A DNA stretch of 64,000 nt from Camelus ferus (GCF_009834535.1 NC_045696.1:111106001-111170000); one strand, 5' to 3'. Positions 37,068-49,378 are shown, counted from the stretch's first letter. The notes: generated by a model from the letters alone, not told the origin. Translations and numbers: made by a program.

Positions 37068-37751
37068 TGATACAGGAAAAATGGGGCATGAGAGGACGGC
37101 CATGTCCCAGGTCCCAGATGAGTCCCTGGGGCGGGCCCCATCAAGTGAAGGTCCTTGGCTTTGCCCAGGAGAAAATTCAAGAGTGGGCCAGAGTAGCGGG
37201 AAGGTAGATTTATTCAGAGAGATGCATGCTCCATAGTCACAGTGTAGGTCGTCTCAGAGGCCAGAGAGTCCACGAGGCACGGGGGTGGTTAAAGCAAAAG
37301 TAGATTAACACACTCCATAGACAGAGTGCAGGCCATCTCAAAAGGCAAGAGAAAGACCTAGGAGATACACAGTCCACAGGTGGAATGTGGGCCTTCTCAA
37401 AAGGGAAGAGGAAGGCAGAGAGAGAGAGCACTCCAGCCCCTGGATGTGGAGTTGTGAGCTTTTATGGGCTGGGTAGCTTCATATGCTAACAAGTGGGAGG
37501 GTTATTCCAACTACTCTGGGGAAGAGGCTGGGGTTCCCAGGAACTGGGCCATCACTCACCCTTTGACCTTTCATGGTCAGCCTGGAAACTGTCCTGGCGC
37601 CTGTGGAAGGGTCATTCAGCAGCTACTGCATTACAGTGAGGGTGTACTGAAGCTCAAGGTCTACTGGGAGCTGAATCTTCCACCATCGTGGTGCTAACTG
37701 CTGTGTCATTCTTTTAAATGGTTCTACCCTGCCTCCTTCCCTCCTGTCTCA
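37068..37751 (-). mobile_element. MER41-like ERV1 solo LTR, copy 2
   Basis: Colinear with copy 1 (shared ggccatcactcaccct, gacctttcatggtcagcct, gaagctcaaggtctactgggagctgaa); TG...CA termini; minus-strand AATAAA 37209-37214. Confidence 0.8.
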
Positions 37752-38596
37752 GTAATTTTTTCCTTTTTTTCTCTTTCTCAGCTGACTTCACTAAGATAAG
37801 GAACAAGGACCATGATGGATTTTACACTGAGGGGATAGCTGAGTGCTGCAAAGAAAGACTAGCAGGATGTGGGGAGGCCGGGAGAGAGGCTGAAGCCTCT
37901 TTTTCTAAGCCAAAAGCTCTAAAATTATACAATTGCCTTACATTTTTGAACTGTGATTAGATGCTTGTGGGGCAAGGCTATGGATGTACTTTCATTTAGT
38001 TACCCCTGAACAGCCTTGTGAGAGTCACATGATGGACATCACTAGTCCTGCTTCAGTACTGCAGAGATCTCAGTGAATGGGGGCGCTGACAGGCACACAG
38101 CAGGTCAGTTGAAAGACAGAACGTGGATCCCAGATGCTCAGCAGAACAGATCCCATTCAACACCCATTAATTACATAGCTCCTCTACCAGCCACTTTTTG
38201 ATATGGAGAATCTGTAAATACAAGTGCTGAGTTTCAAATGCCGAACCAGCCTTCTGTTGACAACTTCCTACAAAGTTTGGGAAAGTCAATAACGGGAGAG
38301 GAAACTCCCTTTTCCCCTAAGGATCTCTTGAAGGCTATTTAGAAACAAAACTTTTATCAGAATGACATGAAATCGATTTGTTCCAATGTGTCAGTTCAGG
38401 CACTCCTTTTCCTCGTTTGAAACTTATTTCACAAAGTAAATTTCTAAGTAAACCTTTAATTTATTGGGGAAAAAACTTCAAAAAACCAACAACCTCTTTT
38501 GAACTCATTGCACCTTCCCTACATCATCTAATACCTGAAGATCTCCAGACAGGTTTTAAACCTTCTTCCCACCCATGAACCCACTGGAAAAACTAA

Positions 38597-39092
38597 TGTA
38601 GACAAAAAAATTGTTGCCTGCCATTTTAGTAAACAAAGACTATTGTCTGCCGTCAGGCCATCAGCCAGTGCACCCACCCCCTGAAAAACCCCTAAAGGCG
38701 TGCCTTGAGGGAATTCAGGGAGGAGAGGAACAGGATACTGGTTCTACATAGTTCAGATTCACCTCTAAGGAATCATTTCAATGAGCCCAGGCTCTTGCAT
38801 CTTCCCATACAAAGAAAAACACTAAAATCACTAACTTGAGATGTCTGCTTTTCTGTGATTAGCAGTAATCTTTCCATGTTGAACTACCTACTTGCTTCTC
38901 TTGTTGTTGTTGTTTGTTGTTGTTTTCTCCCCAGCAAAAACTCCTCTATCTCTTGGTTCTTCCCTTCCCTCCTTGGAGGAGTTCCTCAGAGCTATCTGAG
39001 AGGCTGTCTCTCCTGGGCTATAGTCCTCAGTAAGGTCTCTGAAAAAAACGTAACTGCAAACTTGCAGGTTGTGCATTTTTGTTCAGCCGACA
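38597..39092 (+). mobile_element. Complete ERV1-class solo LTR with perfect 4-bp TSD CTAA
   Basis: TGTAGAC...CAGCCGACA; CTAA at 38593-38596 and 39093-39096; internal cagagctatctgagaggctgtctc block resembles ungulate ERV1 LTRs. Confidence 0.88.
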
Positions 39093-39559
39093 CTAACAAA
39101 TAAACAACACCTTTATTTGGAACCTAGCATCTCTCCCTCTCTGGGTACTAAACAAAGAATAAAGATAAGATTGTGTCTTTGCGAACATCTGTATTTATTA
39201 TTCAAAATGCTGCAAGTTTATAGAAAGACTGAGTGGGAACCCATCCATCTCAGTTTCTTTCTGCTTCTCTATTATTATTTCCTAGTAAGTGCCTACGGCA
39301 TCTACAACAGTGAGAGACTGGCAAACTCTTAACACATAATCTATACAAACGTAGGCTCCCAAAGACTCTCCAGGGTCCAGAGGCAACCTGAAAGCTGCTT
39401 TTAGAAAGCACTAATTTATGCTGAATTCAGTTGTACTTCTGAGTGGGATGAATGACTGTTACCATTTATTTTTTTAAACTTATCCTACTTAACCCTAGCC
39501 ATTGACTTGGTGGGAAGTGTACAGGATTCAGATCCAAAATGAAGGTCCAGAAATTGGAA

Positions 39560-39740
39560 TTTGAACTCCAGTTTCCTTGAATTCCAAGGAATTTAGCAAA
39601 TCAATTACACTTCCATGCCTTCGTTGCCCTAGGACTGTGACCAATAATACCCACCTCATTGGTCTCATGAGGATAAAATGAAATGAATATATATGAAATG
39701 TGCTTCAGAAACTGTCAATGACTATTCAAAGATTATGCTC
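39560..39740 (+). mobile_element. MIR fragment
   Basis: ataatacccacctcattggtctcatgaggataaaatgaaatgaa. Confidence 0.6.
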
Positions 39741-39859
39741 TATTATGGGTTTTAGCATTTAGTTGTTTTTTCTAAAATAGCAGTCATTCTTTCTCCAGAA
39801 CCTCACATTTCTTTTTAATCAACCATGAAATAGTTCTCACATCACCTATACAGTATTCA

Positions 39860-41065
39860 TGCAAAAATACATTTAACCTGAATCTAGAACTTGAGACATT
39901 GTACAGGGTGATTAATCAGGACTCTTTAGAGTGCTTTAAGGAAAAAAAAACAAGTAAACAAACAAACAGAAAGCAAAATCAAACAAGAACAAGCTGAAGA
40001 ACTATTCTAGATTAAAAATAAGAGATGTGACAACCAAAGATGTCACCAAATTTGTTGTCTGGAACTGCGCCGGGGTCCTAGCCCAGGCCAAGACCCCTTG
40101 TCTCAGCCCTGGAAGTTCTTTTTCCCATTGGATTCACACAGACAGGAACAAAACCAATGCTGAGACTGGAACAGCAAAGGCTTTATTCATTGGCCAAGGA
40201 ATGAAGAAGCAGGAACTTAGTTCACAAATCAACTTCTCAACCCAATGTGGATGGAAACACCATAGATGGGGAAGTAGGAGATAGGCAGGGTCGAGGTAAA
40301 AGGGAGGGATTTGGAAAGAGTGGGAGGAATATTGATGACTTATTCAAGAACAGAGGTGTGGTTTGGACCCAAAATTGAGGCAGTACTCCTTTTCAGTCCT
40401 TGTATGGGCTTTTCTGATTGTTGTTATGGCAATTGTCAACTGTCATGGTGGTGGTAAGTGTGTCATTTAGCATGCTAATGTATTACAGTGAGTGTACAAT
40501 GAGGCTCAAGGTCCACTGGAAATCAAGTCTTCCGCCATCTTGAGCCTAGCTGTTTCTAACCAGTTCTCATTTTCCTCTTTGCAGCCTCCTCCTGAAACTT
40601 AGGTGAGAGTAATTGGTTTCCATTTGAAGGAGGGGCAGAAGGATGATTCTGGGGCAACATCCAAAGGTAATATGAAAGATTGATTTCTGGATTTGTAAAA
40701 AAAGATGCTAGAAAAGGGCATAACTGGAACAACTAGAGGGAATTTTGAATATAAAGTGAATGTTAGATATTGTATCGAAGTTAAATTTATTGGGTTTTAC
40801 CATGATACAAATAGAAAGGAGATAGTCTTTGTTCTTTGAAAGTACAAGATTTGGGGGTAAAGTATCATGACAACTGCAACTTTCAGATTGTCCAGGGGAA
40901 AAAAAAAACTTTATCTATTTATTTGTATGTAGAAAGAGAGAGATAAAAGTGACAAAGATTAACAATTGGGTAAATAGAAAGTGATGAGATAAAAGTGTTC
41001 ATTGTATCAATTTTTCAACTTATCTGAACGTTTCAAATTTTTTCAAATGAAAATTTGGAGAGGGG
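39860..41065 (+). mobile_element. L1MC4/5-type 3' end, interrupted by an LTR
   Basis: actattctagattaaaaataagagatgtgacaaccaaa | ...gggggtaaagtatcatgacaactgcaactt...gtttcaaattttttcaaatgaaaa. Confidence 0.7.
40041..40670 (-). mobile_element. MER41-related ERV1 solo LTR, copy 3 (divergent subfamily)
   Basis: aactgtcatggtggtggtaagtgtgtcatttagcatgctaatgtattacagtgag...gctcaaggtccactgg...cgccatcttg matches the MER41 core and copies 1/2; minus-strand AATAAA 40182-40187; right boundary approximate. Confidence 0.75.
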
Positions 41066-41374
41066 ACTCTACATTTTAAAAATAAACAACAACAAAAAAT
41101 AACTTCAAGAATAGAAGAAATCCCTAGCTGGTAAAGCAGGAGAACCTTAGGAATGCTGATCAGAGTATGGCTTATCTCCTCAGAGATACACAAAATGGAA
41201 ACCCAAGGTGAAATGAGCCGTGGTTCTTTAAAATTGCATTTCATGAGCATCAAGACTAGAAAAAGGACTGGCACATTGACTTAGGACACACGCGTAAGGT
41301 GGACCTAGTTTGAATGGAGCAATGTGGAGACCATGATTTGGCCCCTTACTAATTATGTAACCTTTCTATCCCAC

Positions 41375-42515
41375 AGTTAAGGGGGATATATTCAAAATAT
41401 ATAAAGATTTCATACAACTCAATGTCAAAAACAAGCAAATAAAAAATGGGAAGGAGACTTGAATAGACATTTTGCCAAAGGAGACATACAGATGGCCAAC
41501 AGAGACATGGAAGGATGCTCAGTGTAACTAATCATCAGGGAAATGCAAATCAAAACTATAGTGAGATATCACTTCATACCTGTCAGAATGGCTGTTGTCA
41601 AAAAGACAACAAATAATAAATGTTGGCAAGGCTATAGAGAAAAGGAACCCTAGTACATTGTTGGGAATGTAAATTGGTGCAGCCACTATGGAGAACAGTA
41701 TGGAGGTTCCTCACTTAACTAAAAATAGAATTAACACATGGTCCAGTAATTCCACTCCTGGGTGTATAGTTGAAGAAAACAAAAACCCTAGTTCAAAAAG
41801 ACACATGTATCCCAATGTTCACAGCAGCATTATTTACAATAGACAAAGTATGGCAGCAACCTAAGTGTCCATAACAGATGAATGGATAAAGAAAACGTGG
41901 TGTGTGGAGAGAGACAGAGAGAGAGAGGGAGGGAGACAGAGAGAGAATGGAATATTATTCAGCTATAAAAAGAATGAAATCTTGTCTTTTCCAACAACAT
42001 GGATGGACCTGGAGGATATTATGATTAGTGAAGTAAGTCAGAGAAAAGACAAATATTTTATGTTTTCATTTATATGTGCAATCTAAAAAATTAAAACAAA
42101 CAAATGAGTATAATAAAATGGAAACAATATTACAGACACAGAAAGCAAACTAGTGGTTAATGGTGGGGAGAGGACTGGGGGAAAGGTTAAAACAGGAGAG
42201 TGGGATTAAGAGGTAACAAACTAGTAGGTATTAAAAAGTAAGATACGAGGAGTGATGTACAGCACAGGGAATATAGCCAATATTTTATAATAACATTAAT
42301 GGAATATAATCTATAAAAATGTAGCATCACTATATTGTATACCTAGTATTGAAACAAGTATAATATTGTAAATCAACTAATTGTAACTACACGTGGTGAT
42401 GGATGTTAACTAGACTTATTGCAGCAATTTTTTTGCAATATATACAAATATCAAATCAATGTTGTATACCTGAAACTAATATAAATGTTATACTTCAATT
42501 ATATTTTTAATAAAA
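41375..42515 (+). mobile_element. LINE-1 3' portion (ORF2 end + 3' UTR), two 3' tails in tandem
   Basis: gacttgaatagacattttgccaaaggagacatacagatggccaac...; first tail ends ~42380 (tattgtaaatcaacta), second L1MA9-like tail 42381-42515. Confidence 0.9.
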
Positions 42516-42585
42516 AGGATGTCAATTATATCTTAAGTGAAAAATGTACATATATGATCCCATTTGTGTAAGACAAAAGAGAAGA

Positions 42586-42588
<3 letters not shown>

Positions 42589-42616
<28 letters not shown>
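42589..42616. repeat. (AC)n microsatellite
   Basis: Direct reading. Confidence 0.9.
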
Positions 42617-42929
42617 GTTGTGTAAGTAAGGGAAGAGCAATGAAAAATGGATCATAGTCTCACGTTCAGAATATGGTTCTGGAGCTGTTGTTATGAAGGA
42701 GAATTTCTACTTTTTATCTTATACTCTTCTCCACTATTGCAAGCATGATTGTAATACTTACTAGGTAATAAACAAAGGGCTTGGCTAGTAGGCACTGACT
42801 GATAACCTATTTTCTGTTAGGAGCTACAGGGATTACAAAAGCATACGAGATGTGGTGTCTCTCTGACTAGCTGAGTCATCCTAAGAGGTCACTTAAACTT
42901 TCTGAATCTCAGCAAAGTGTGCAAGAAAC

Positions 42930-43130
42930 ACCATGGGCCTAGAGTTAGACAAAACAAGGTCCGACTCTCAGCTGTGGTACCAGCTCAGGGATCTTGAGTA
43001 AAAAAAGGAACTGCTCTGAGTCTCAGTTTCCTCAGCTGTAAGTAAGAATCATACCTATTTCTTGGATTTCTGATATGGTTTCTAACATTGCCTCCCTCAC
43101 AGCGGACGCCTGACAAACAATATTGACTCC
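42930..43130 (+). mobile_element. MIR SINE
   Basis: ctctgagtctcagtttcctcagctgtaa. Confidence 0.7.
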
Positions 43131-43861
43131 AACTATACCTTCAAAGGGATCAGAATCAAGTTCAGATTTCCCAGGGTTTCTAGCAGCCTGAGAATTTCAC
43201 CAAATGAATATTCTGCAATTACATAAATCGAAGAAACACCTTCTTTGAGAGTCACGATAGTCATCAGCTTATTAAAGATTCTGAAAAATCACAGCCAAGT
43301 AACCTGTTAACTCAGAATTTCCCAAAGATAATTGGTCCCCCTGCCAAAGGCCTCCTCCTGCCCCATTATATTTATAGCATAACCACCCACAGATGATGGC
43401 ATTTGCTAAATTCAGATCCAAGATGAAGAAGCTATAAGAAAAACGATAAAGAAGCTTTAATACTACCTCTACTACTGCTATTACTATTACCACTCTACTA
43501 CTATTCCTCCTCCTCCTACTATTACGTTGCCCAGATATTCTGAAGGGATATGGTGACAGGCTTCGCAAATGAGAATTCTATATGCCGCTGATCCCTCCCG
43601 GGTCATATACTTTTACCATACAGAAATATCCAACACCAACTAGTGTTTGTTGCAGGTAGAGATGAAAAAATGAATAATCCAGAGTGATCACTGAGGATCA
43701 TTTTGTTTAATGAAAGAAATGTCCCTTGATTAAAATATTCATGCCTATAAATAAATTGCAAAGAATGGGCTATAATTATGTTTGAATTTCATCCTCTCCT
43801 ATTGCCTCATCCTCAGATACCATTTTCATTTTTGAAAAGATCATTAGTAGTGTAATCTTTT

Positions 43862-44465
43862 ATGGGAATGTAAATTGGTGAAGCCACTGTGGAAAACAGT
43901 AAGGAAGTTCCTTAGAAAACAAAAAATCCCACTCTTGGGCATGTATCTGGAAAAGAAAAAACTCTTAAATTCAAAAAGATACGCACACTCTGATGTTCAT
44001 AGCAGCACTACTTACAATAGCCAAGACATGGAAGCAAACTAAGTGCTCATCAACATTTGAATAGATTAAGAAGGTGTTATGTATGCAATGGAATATTATT
44101 CAGCCATAAAAAAGGAATGAAATAATGCCATTTGCTTCAACACGGGTGGACTTAGAGATCATCATACTAAGTGAAGTAAGTCAAACAGGGAAAGACAGCT
44201 ATTATATGACATCACTTATATGTGGAATCTAAAAAATATATTACAAATGAACTTATTTACAAAACAGAAATAGACTCACAGACATAGAAAATGAACTTAA
44301 GTTTACCAAAGAGAAAATGGGGGAGGGATAAATTAGGAGTACAGGATTAACAGATACACACTAATATACATAAAATAGATAAACAACAAGAATTGACTAT
44401 ATAGCACAGGGAACTATATTCAATATCTTGTTATAACCTATAATGGAAAAGAATCTGAAAAAGTT

Positions 44466-44508
<43 letters not shown>

Positions 44509-44612
44509 TACATATATATATGTATATATATAACTGAATCATCTTGCTGTGCGCTGAAACTAACACAATATTGTCGATCTACTATACTTCCATATAAAAA
44601 GGAAAAAAAAAA
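43862..44612 (+). mobile_element. Cetartiodactyl-type L1 3' end with internal (TA)n(CA)n and A tail
   Basis: gggaatgtaaattggtg...aaacagaaatagactcacagacatagaaaa...tatagcacagggaactatattcaatatcttg...gaaactaacacaatattgt. Confidence 0.92.
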
Positions 44613-44649
44613 ACCAAACACGACCCTTAAAGGCCTTGAAAACCTTATG

Positions 44650-45430
44650 GAGTGGTATTTCAAAGAAAGAGCTTTGGAGTTCGACATACCTAAGCTTGTC
44701 TAACTTTGTCATTACTAATTAGTGCTAGTAACTTACTACTTATTAGTTTTATGATTCTGGGTCTTGTTATGTAGCAAAGAACCTCAACTTCTTCATCTAT
44801 AAAATGGGCATGATAATACTCATTTTTCATGGTGTGGTAGATTGTTTTCAAAAATGTCTTCCATTATTCACCATCTTGTATTATCCATGCTTTTATGTAA
44901 TGTAACCTTCAAGTTCTTCCCATCAAGAAGTGGAGTCTATTTCCCCACCTCTCGAATCTAGGCTGGCCTTAGGATTTGCTTTGACCACAGATGAGGCAGA
45001 AGTTACATTATGCCAGTTCTAAGCTTAGGCCTTTTCAAGAGTCCAGACATGTTCTTGTTTTTGCTCTTGGAATCTCCCCAGCCACCGTGTGAACAATCCC
45101 TAGCTATTTAGCTGGATAATTAATGATCATAAAAGGAGGCCAGTTGTCCCAGCTGAGGCACTCCAGCCTAGAGCCAGCCATGCTCCCAACATGTGAGAAA
45201 GCCCAACCCGGTCATCAGAGCCAGCTGCCTGACCTGCCGCTGACCACAGACTCATGAGTGAGCCCAGCCAAGACCAGAACCACCCAGCTACTTGTGAGCT
45301 TGTAAGCAGTAATAAATGCCACTGAGTTTGGGGACATTGTTACGTAGCAAAAGCTAGCTGATGCACATGACCATTTTAACAATTTAAGAAATTAATATAT
45401 TTATGCTAATTATCACAAGGCCTCATTGAT
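44650..45430 (+). mobile_element. MIR interrupted by an MLT1 LTR
   Basis: cttcttcatctataaaatgggcatgataatac before the insertion; continues after 45370. Confidence 0.6.
44833..45365 (+). mobile_element. MLT1F/G-type MaLR solo LTR with near-perfect TSD (CATGG/CATGA)
   Basis: TGTGGTAGATTG...cccatcaagaagtggagtctatttccccacc...gcaaaagctagctgatgCA. Confidence 0.88.
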
Positions 45431-45774
45431 ACTTGTTTACCATGTTTACACCAACAATGAATAGAAAAGTATGCTTTTTAGTAAAGTATAATGGAGACCT
45501 CATTCAAGAATGCTGTAATTGCTCAGTGCTGAAGGACACCAGCAGTTACGTTATCTGTAGAAACCAAATTATTTAATTCTATCTGCTGACCATGATGGTC
45601 AATAATGTTCCAAATTCTTACGCTATCCTCCAAATAGCCCAGAAAAAATGATACATAGATGACAGATATCCACGCGATTCCAAGGTCAGATCTGAATAAT
45701 CTATTACATACTGTTTGCTCCCATGTCCCTCGTGCCTGGTGGAGTGCCCAGCCCGGGGTCAGGGCTCTGTCAGT

Positions 45775-45995
45775 GGAGCCCAGTGGCGAGGAGTGGGGGC
45801 TCAGGAATCAGACTGTCGGGGACTGAATCCCAGTTCTGTCCGTAACTTTGCCTTGTCTCAGCGCCCTGCCTTGTAAGTGAGGGTAACAGCAGTGCTTACT
45901 TCTTCTCTTTGTAGCAAGGACCAAGTGAAATCATGCAGGTAAAGGGCTTAAAATAGCACCTGCACAAAGTCAGTGCACGGTAAATGTTAGTTATT
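45775..45995 (+). mobile_element. MIR SINE
   Basis: ggaatcagactg...gaatcccagttctg...gtaaagggcttaaaatagcacctg...taaatgttag. Confidence 0.75.
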
Positions 45996-47106
45996 TCTTT
46001 GTTGAGTGATGTTTGTTTTCAACATACTCTTGGGAACAAAGCCTGTGTGGTAGTTCTGGGCACAAGGAGACAGCCCTCCAGTGCTTGCCAGCTCTCTCAG
46101 GCTTTGGAAGATATCATGCCAACACAGAGACAAACATCAAAGACACAACTACAAAGAAAGTGAGGTTTCTAGAGGTTCAGTGATGAATTTAAATGTCAGG
46201 TCTTAGCAATCGTTATGAAAGAGAACTGAAATAAACATCTTATTAATTCAGAAGCTATTGTCAGCATGTAGATACTCTGAGGTTCTCATCTATTGCTCTG
46301 TTGGAAAAAGGTTCCCATCAAATGAAACCCACACCCCATTACATAGCCCTGAAGGTAGAACGCCAAAGGACTGCTTTCTCCAATTTCATTTTGGCCATTA
46401 ACCCGCCACCAAGCCCCCTCCCCAGACCTACGACTTCATACAAATTGTCACTGTATAATCCAGGCTGAAAACCTGAGGTTGACACCTGGACTCTGATTTC
46501 AATTAAAGGTGAATAGATAACTCATTTGCACTCAGATTATCCTTCCTTCTAGAGCCTCATAAATTTTTCCTTTCCAGAATGACTGCCTGTCAAGCCAAGT
46601 AAAATTGCTACCCCTCCAATCTGTTAGCAGAAACCAAGTGGTGCCTAAATCATCCTCAATCTTCATGTGATTTGCCTTTGATTTCAGACTTAGATTCTTC
46701 ATTCTGTTAAGTACCCTAATGTACACTTTACAATTTCATCTTCTCAATGATCACATGGGGGATCATGTAAGATCAAAGTTTTCCTCGTTAATTTTATCCC
46801 ATGGCATACGTTTTTCAAAAAACTTAAGTCCTCCTTAAAGACGAAGTTAGAATGGAAAAACCAACCAATATCTGTAGAACTATAAAGTCATTCAAAGAAC
46901 TTGCTTGGATGCTACAGATGAGAATTTAATTCTAACAGAAGGATCATCAGACAGGCTGCCTCCTGTTTATGAAATTATGCCAGTGGATGAATGAGGCAGC
47001 CCTTTTTAGATCAATGGGTTGGATACAGTCTAGAAATGTTCTTATCTTTTCCTGTTCTCCACGAGTCCTTTACCTTCTCAGTTAAACATAGGCTTCTCCC
47101 AAATAC

Positions 47107-47164
47107 AAAAAAAAAAAAAAAAAAAAAAAAAGAAAGAAAGAAAGAAAGAAAGAAAGAAAAAAAA
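47107..47164. repeat. Poly(A) followed by (GAAA)n
   Basis: Direct reading. Confidence 0.9.
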
Positions 47165-49134
47165 CTTCCTTTCAAAGTAAGGAAACTCCAGAAAACAAAC
47201 AAAAAAAGGAAATCAGAACTGAGTTCACTAAAGTTTCATAGGGAAATGTGGGGCCCTGTGTTGGCTCCATTTCCCTCTGGGAATCACCGGAAAAATTAAC
47301 AGCTACCCAGGGACTTAGGTTTAGTCAACAACAAACCAAATAAAACTTTCCAAACTCATTTAATTGTCTGCAGGATGCAGTAAGATTTCCTCATCTCCTT
47401 GCTCAGATGTAAGATGTTAGTTTAAATAAAACTAAATTAGTATTCTCCACCCTACATTTTCTCTATCTTGGTGAACCAACCAGCCAGGTAAGAGGAGTAA
47501 AAAGGTAAGAATCCATCCAGGTGAAGATAAGAAAGAGAAAAGCATTCCCAGAAAAAGGTGAACTCCCATCTTGTCTCCTCTAAATGTTTGTCCAATTTAA
47601 AAAATGTAAACCATCACAATATTAAGATGCAGTCACAAACCCCATTGCTTATAAGATGGTTTCAGGAATTATGACCAAATTACTATGCATTAAACCAAGT
47701 TTGATACCTATTCAGTTCAAATAATGTTTGGTCAGGTGACAGTGTGTTATTTTTACTCCACCTGTGGCTTTTTGCTTTTGTATGGTCTCAGGATGTGAGA
47801 ACAGGAGGGAGGTGAGGCTGGGCTGGTCTCCCTGACTCCCTGATTCAGTTAACACTTGATCTAAGCATGAGTCTGCTTCCCCCCAACCCCAAGCACTTCT
47901 CTCCTTTTTGCTCTTTCCACTTCAGCCATTCTTAAAGTAAATCCCACCTGCTGGTGGGACGGTTGGACAGAGCAGAGCAAAACACCCATGCGTCAGGGTG
48001 GGGGTATGGCCATCCCTAGAGCTGTCTTGGGGTCAACAACACAGTCGGTGCTCAGGACCTGTTTGCTCAATGAAGGGCTGAATGGCTGCAAACAAAGTGG
48101 AAGCTTCTGAAGGACCTAAGAGCCTGACAGGGTGGGGGCTGGAGACTCGGGAGTGAGCCCCCATTGCTGCCAGTGTGGACTTCCCCTCCTTCCCCCAGAG
48201 GGACGTCCACATGGAAATGCAGGATGAGAGAGAGAGCTACTAATTAGGAGCTGCTTCTCTTGTAAGCAGGCTCCAAATAAAAACACACTGCCTCTCCCAC
48301 TGGGGGGAAACGGAAAAGGCAGCGTCCAATGCATGAAAAGCAACACCTAGAAAGATCAGGACGACACCCCGGATGGCCACAGTCGCCGGAGGTCGGGCTC
48401 TGGGAGGGTTCACCATCGTTTAACACATCGAGATGGTTCCTGGTCTCCCAGACGCACTGTCATGGAGCCTGTGACACCAGCCTGGCCTACAAGTTTCAGA
48501 AAAATATCATCAAAACATGAAGGTAAAATTTTTATGGGGAGCCGGTGACGTGACAGATAGACCCTGAATCTGTAGCAAGTGGATTCTTCACTTTAAATTT
48601 GCAGCATTTCCCTCTTTGCCTATACTTTGTCTCAGCGCGGCATCAGCCCTTAGGGAGATGGAGCGTCTATGAGTCTGCAAGGCCTCTTTGTGCTCAGCTG
48701 CCGGCAACTCCCCGGAGTCAAGACAAGCTTGGCAGGACTCAGACACCAAGTTCTCTCCAGCTGCAGGAACAGATGGCACACATCCCATGACGGGGAAACC
48801 GAGGCCTTGGCCACGTGAAGAACTGATTCTTCTACTGTCCAGGTGGGAGGTTCTTAACTATCTGGGGATACAGGTAGGTCTGTTCCAATGGGACAGGTGG
48901 GGATCATGCCTTTCTGTAGCCAGAACTAGGAAGGAGTGGCTGAAAAGCATACTCTAAGTAGTGATCACGGGGGGTGATTTGGAAAAGGACGTTATCCTCT
49001 ACTGATCTGTGTTGGCAAATACCCCTTGACTGGGCTGAACTTCTTCCCTTCACACAAAGCAGCAGCAAGCGCTAGTCTTCCTGTGGTCCTTTATTTAAAA
49101 TGTGTGTCTGTTCTCCTCCTCAGGGGAACATTAC

Positions 49135-49378
49135 TCTTTTCGTAATTGAAGTAGAGTCAATTTACAATGTTGTGTCAATTTCTGATGTACAGCGTAATGT
49201 TTCACTATATATATATATTCCTTTTCATAGTCTTTTTCATCATAGGTCACTACAAGATATTGACTATAGTTCCCTGTGCTGTACAGTAGGATCTTGTTGC
49301 TTATCTATTTTATAGACGGTAGTTAGTATATGCAAACCTCCAACTCCTAATTTATCCCTTCCCACCCCTCTTCCCCCT
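49135..49378 (-). mobile_element. Short L1 3' tail
   Basis: aattgaagtagagtcaatttacaatgttgtgtcaatttctgatgtacagc...atagttccctgtgctgtacagtagga. Confidence 0.88.

Noticed and set aside
34296..37751. LTR copies 1 and 2 as the two ends of one provirus
   Set aside because: The 2.2 kb between them is an older LTR remnant, L2 and MIR, with no gag/pol seen; no shared outer TSD; the copies differ in internal repeat number.
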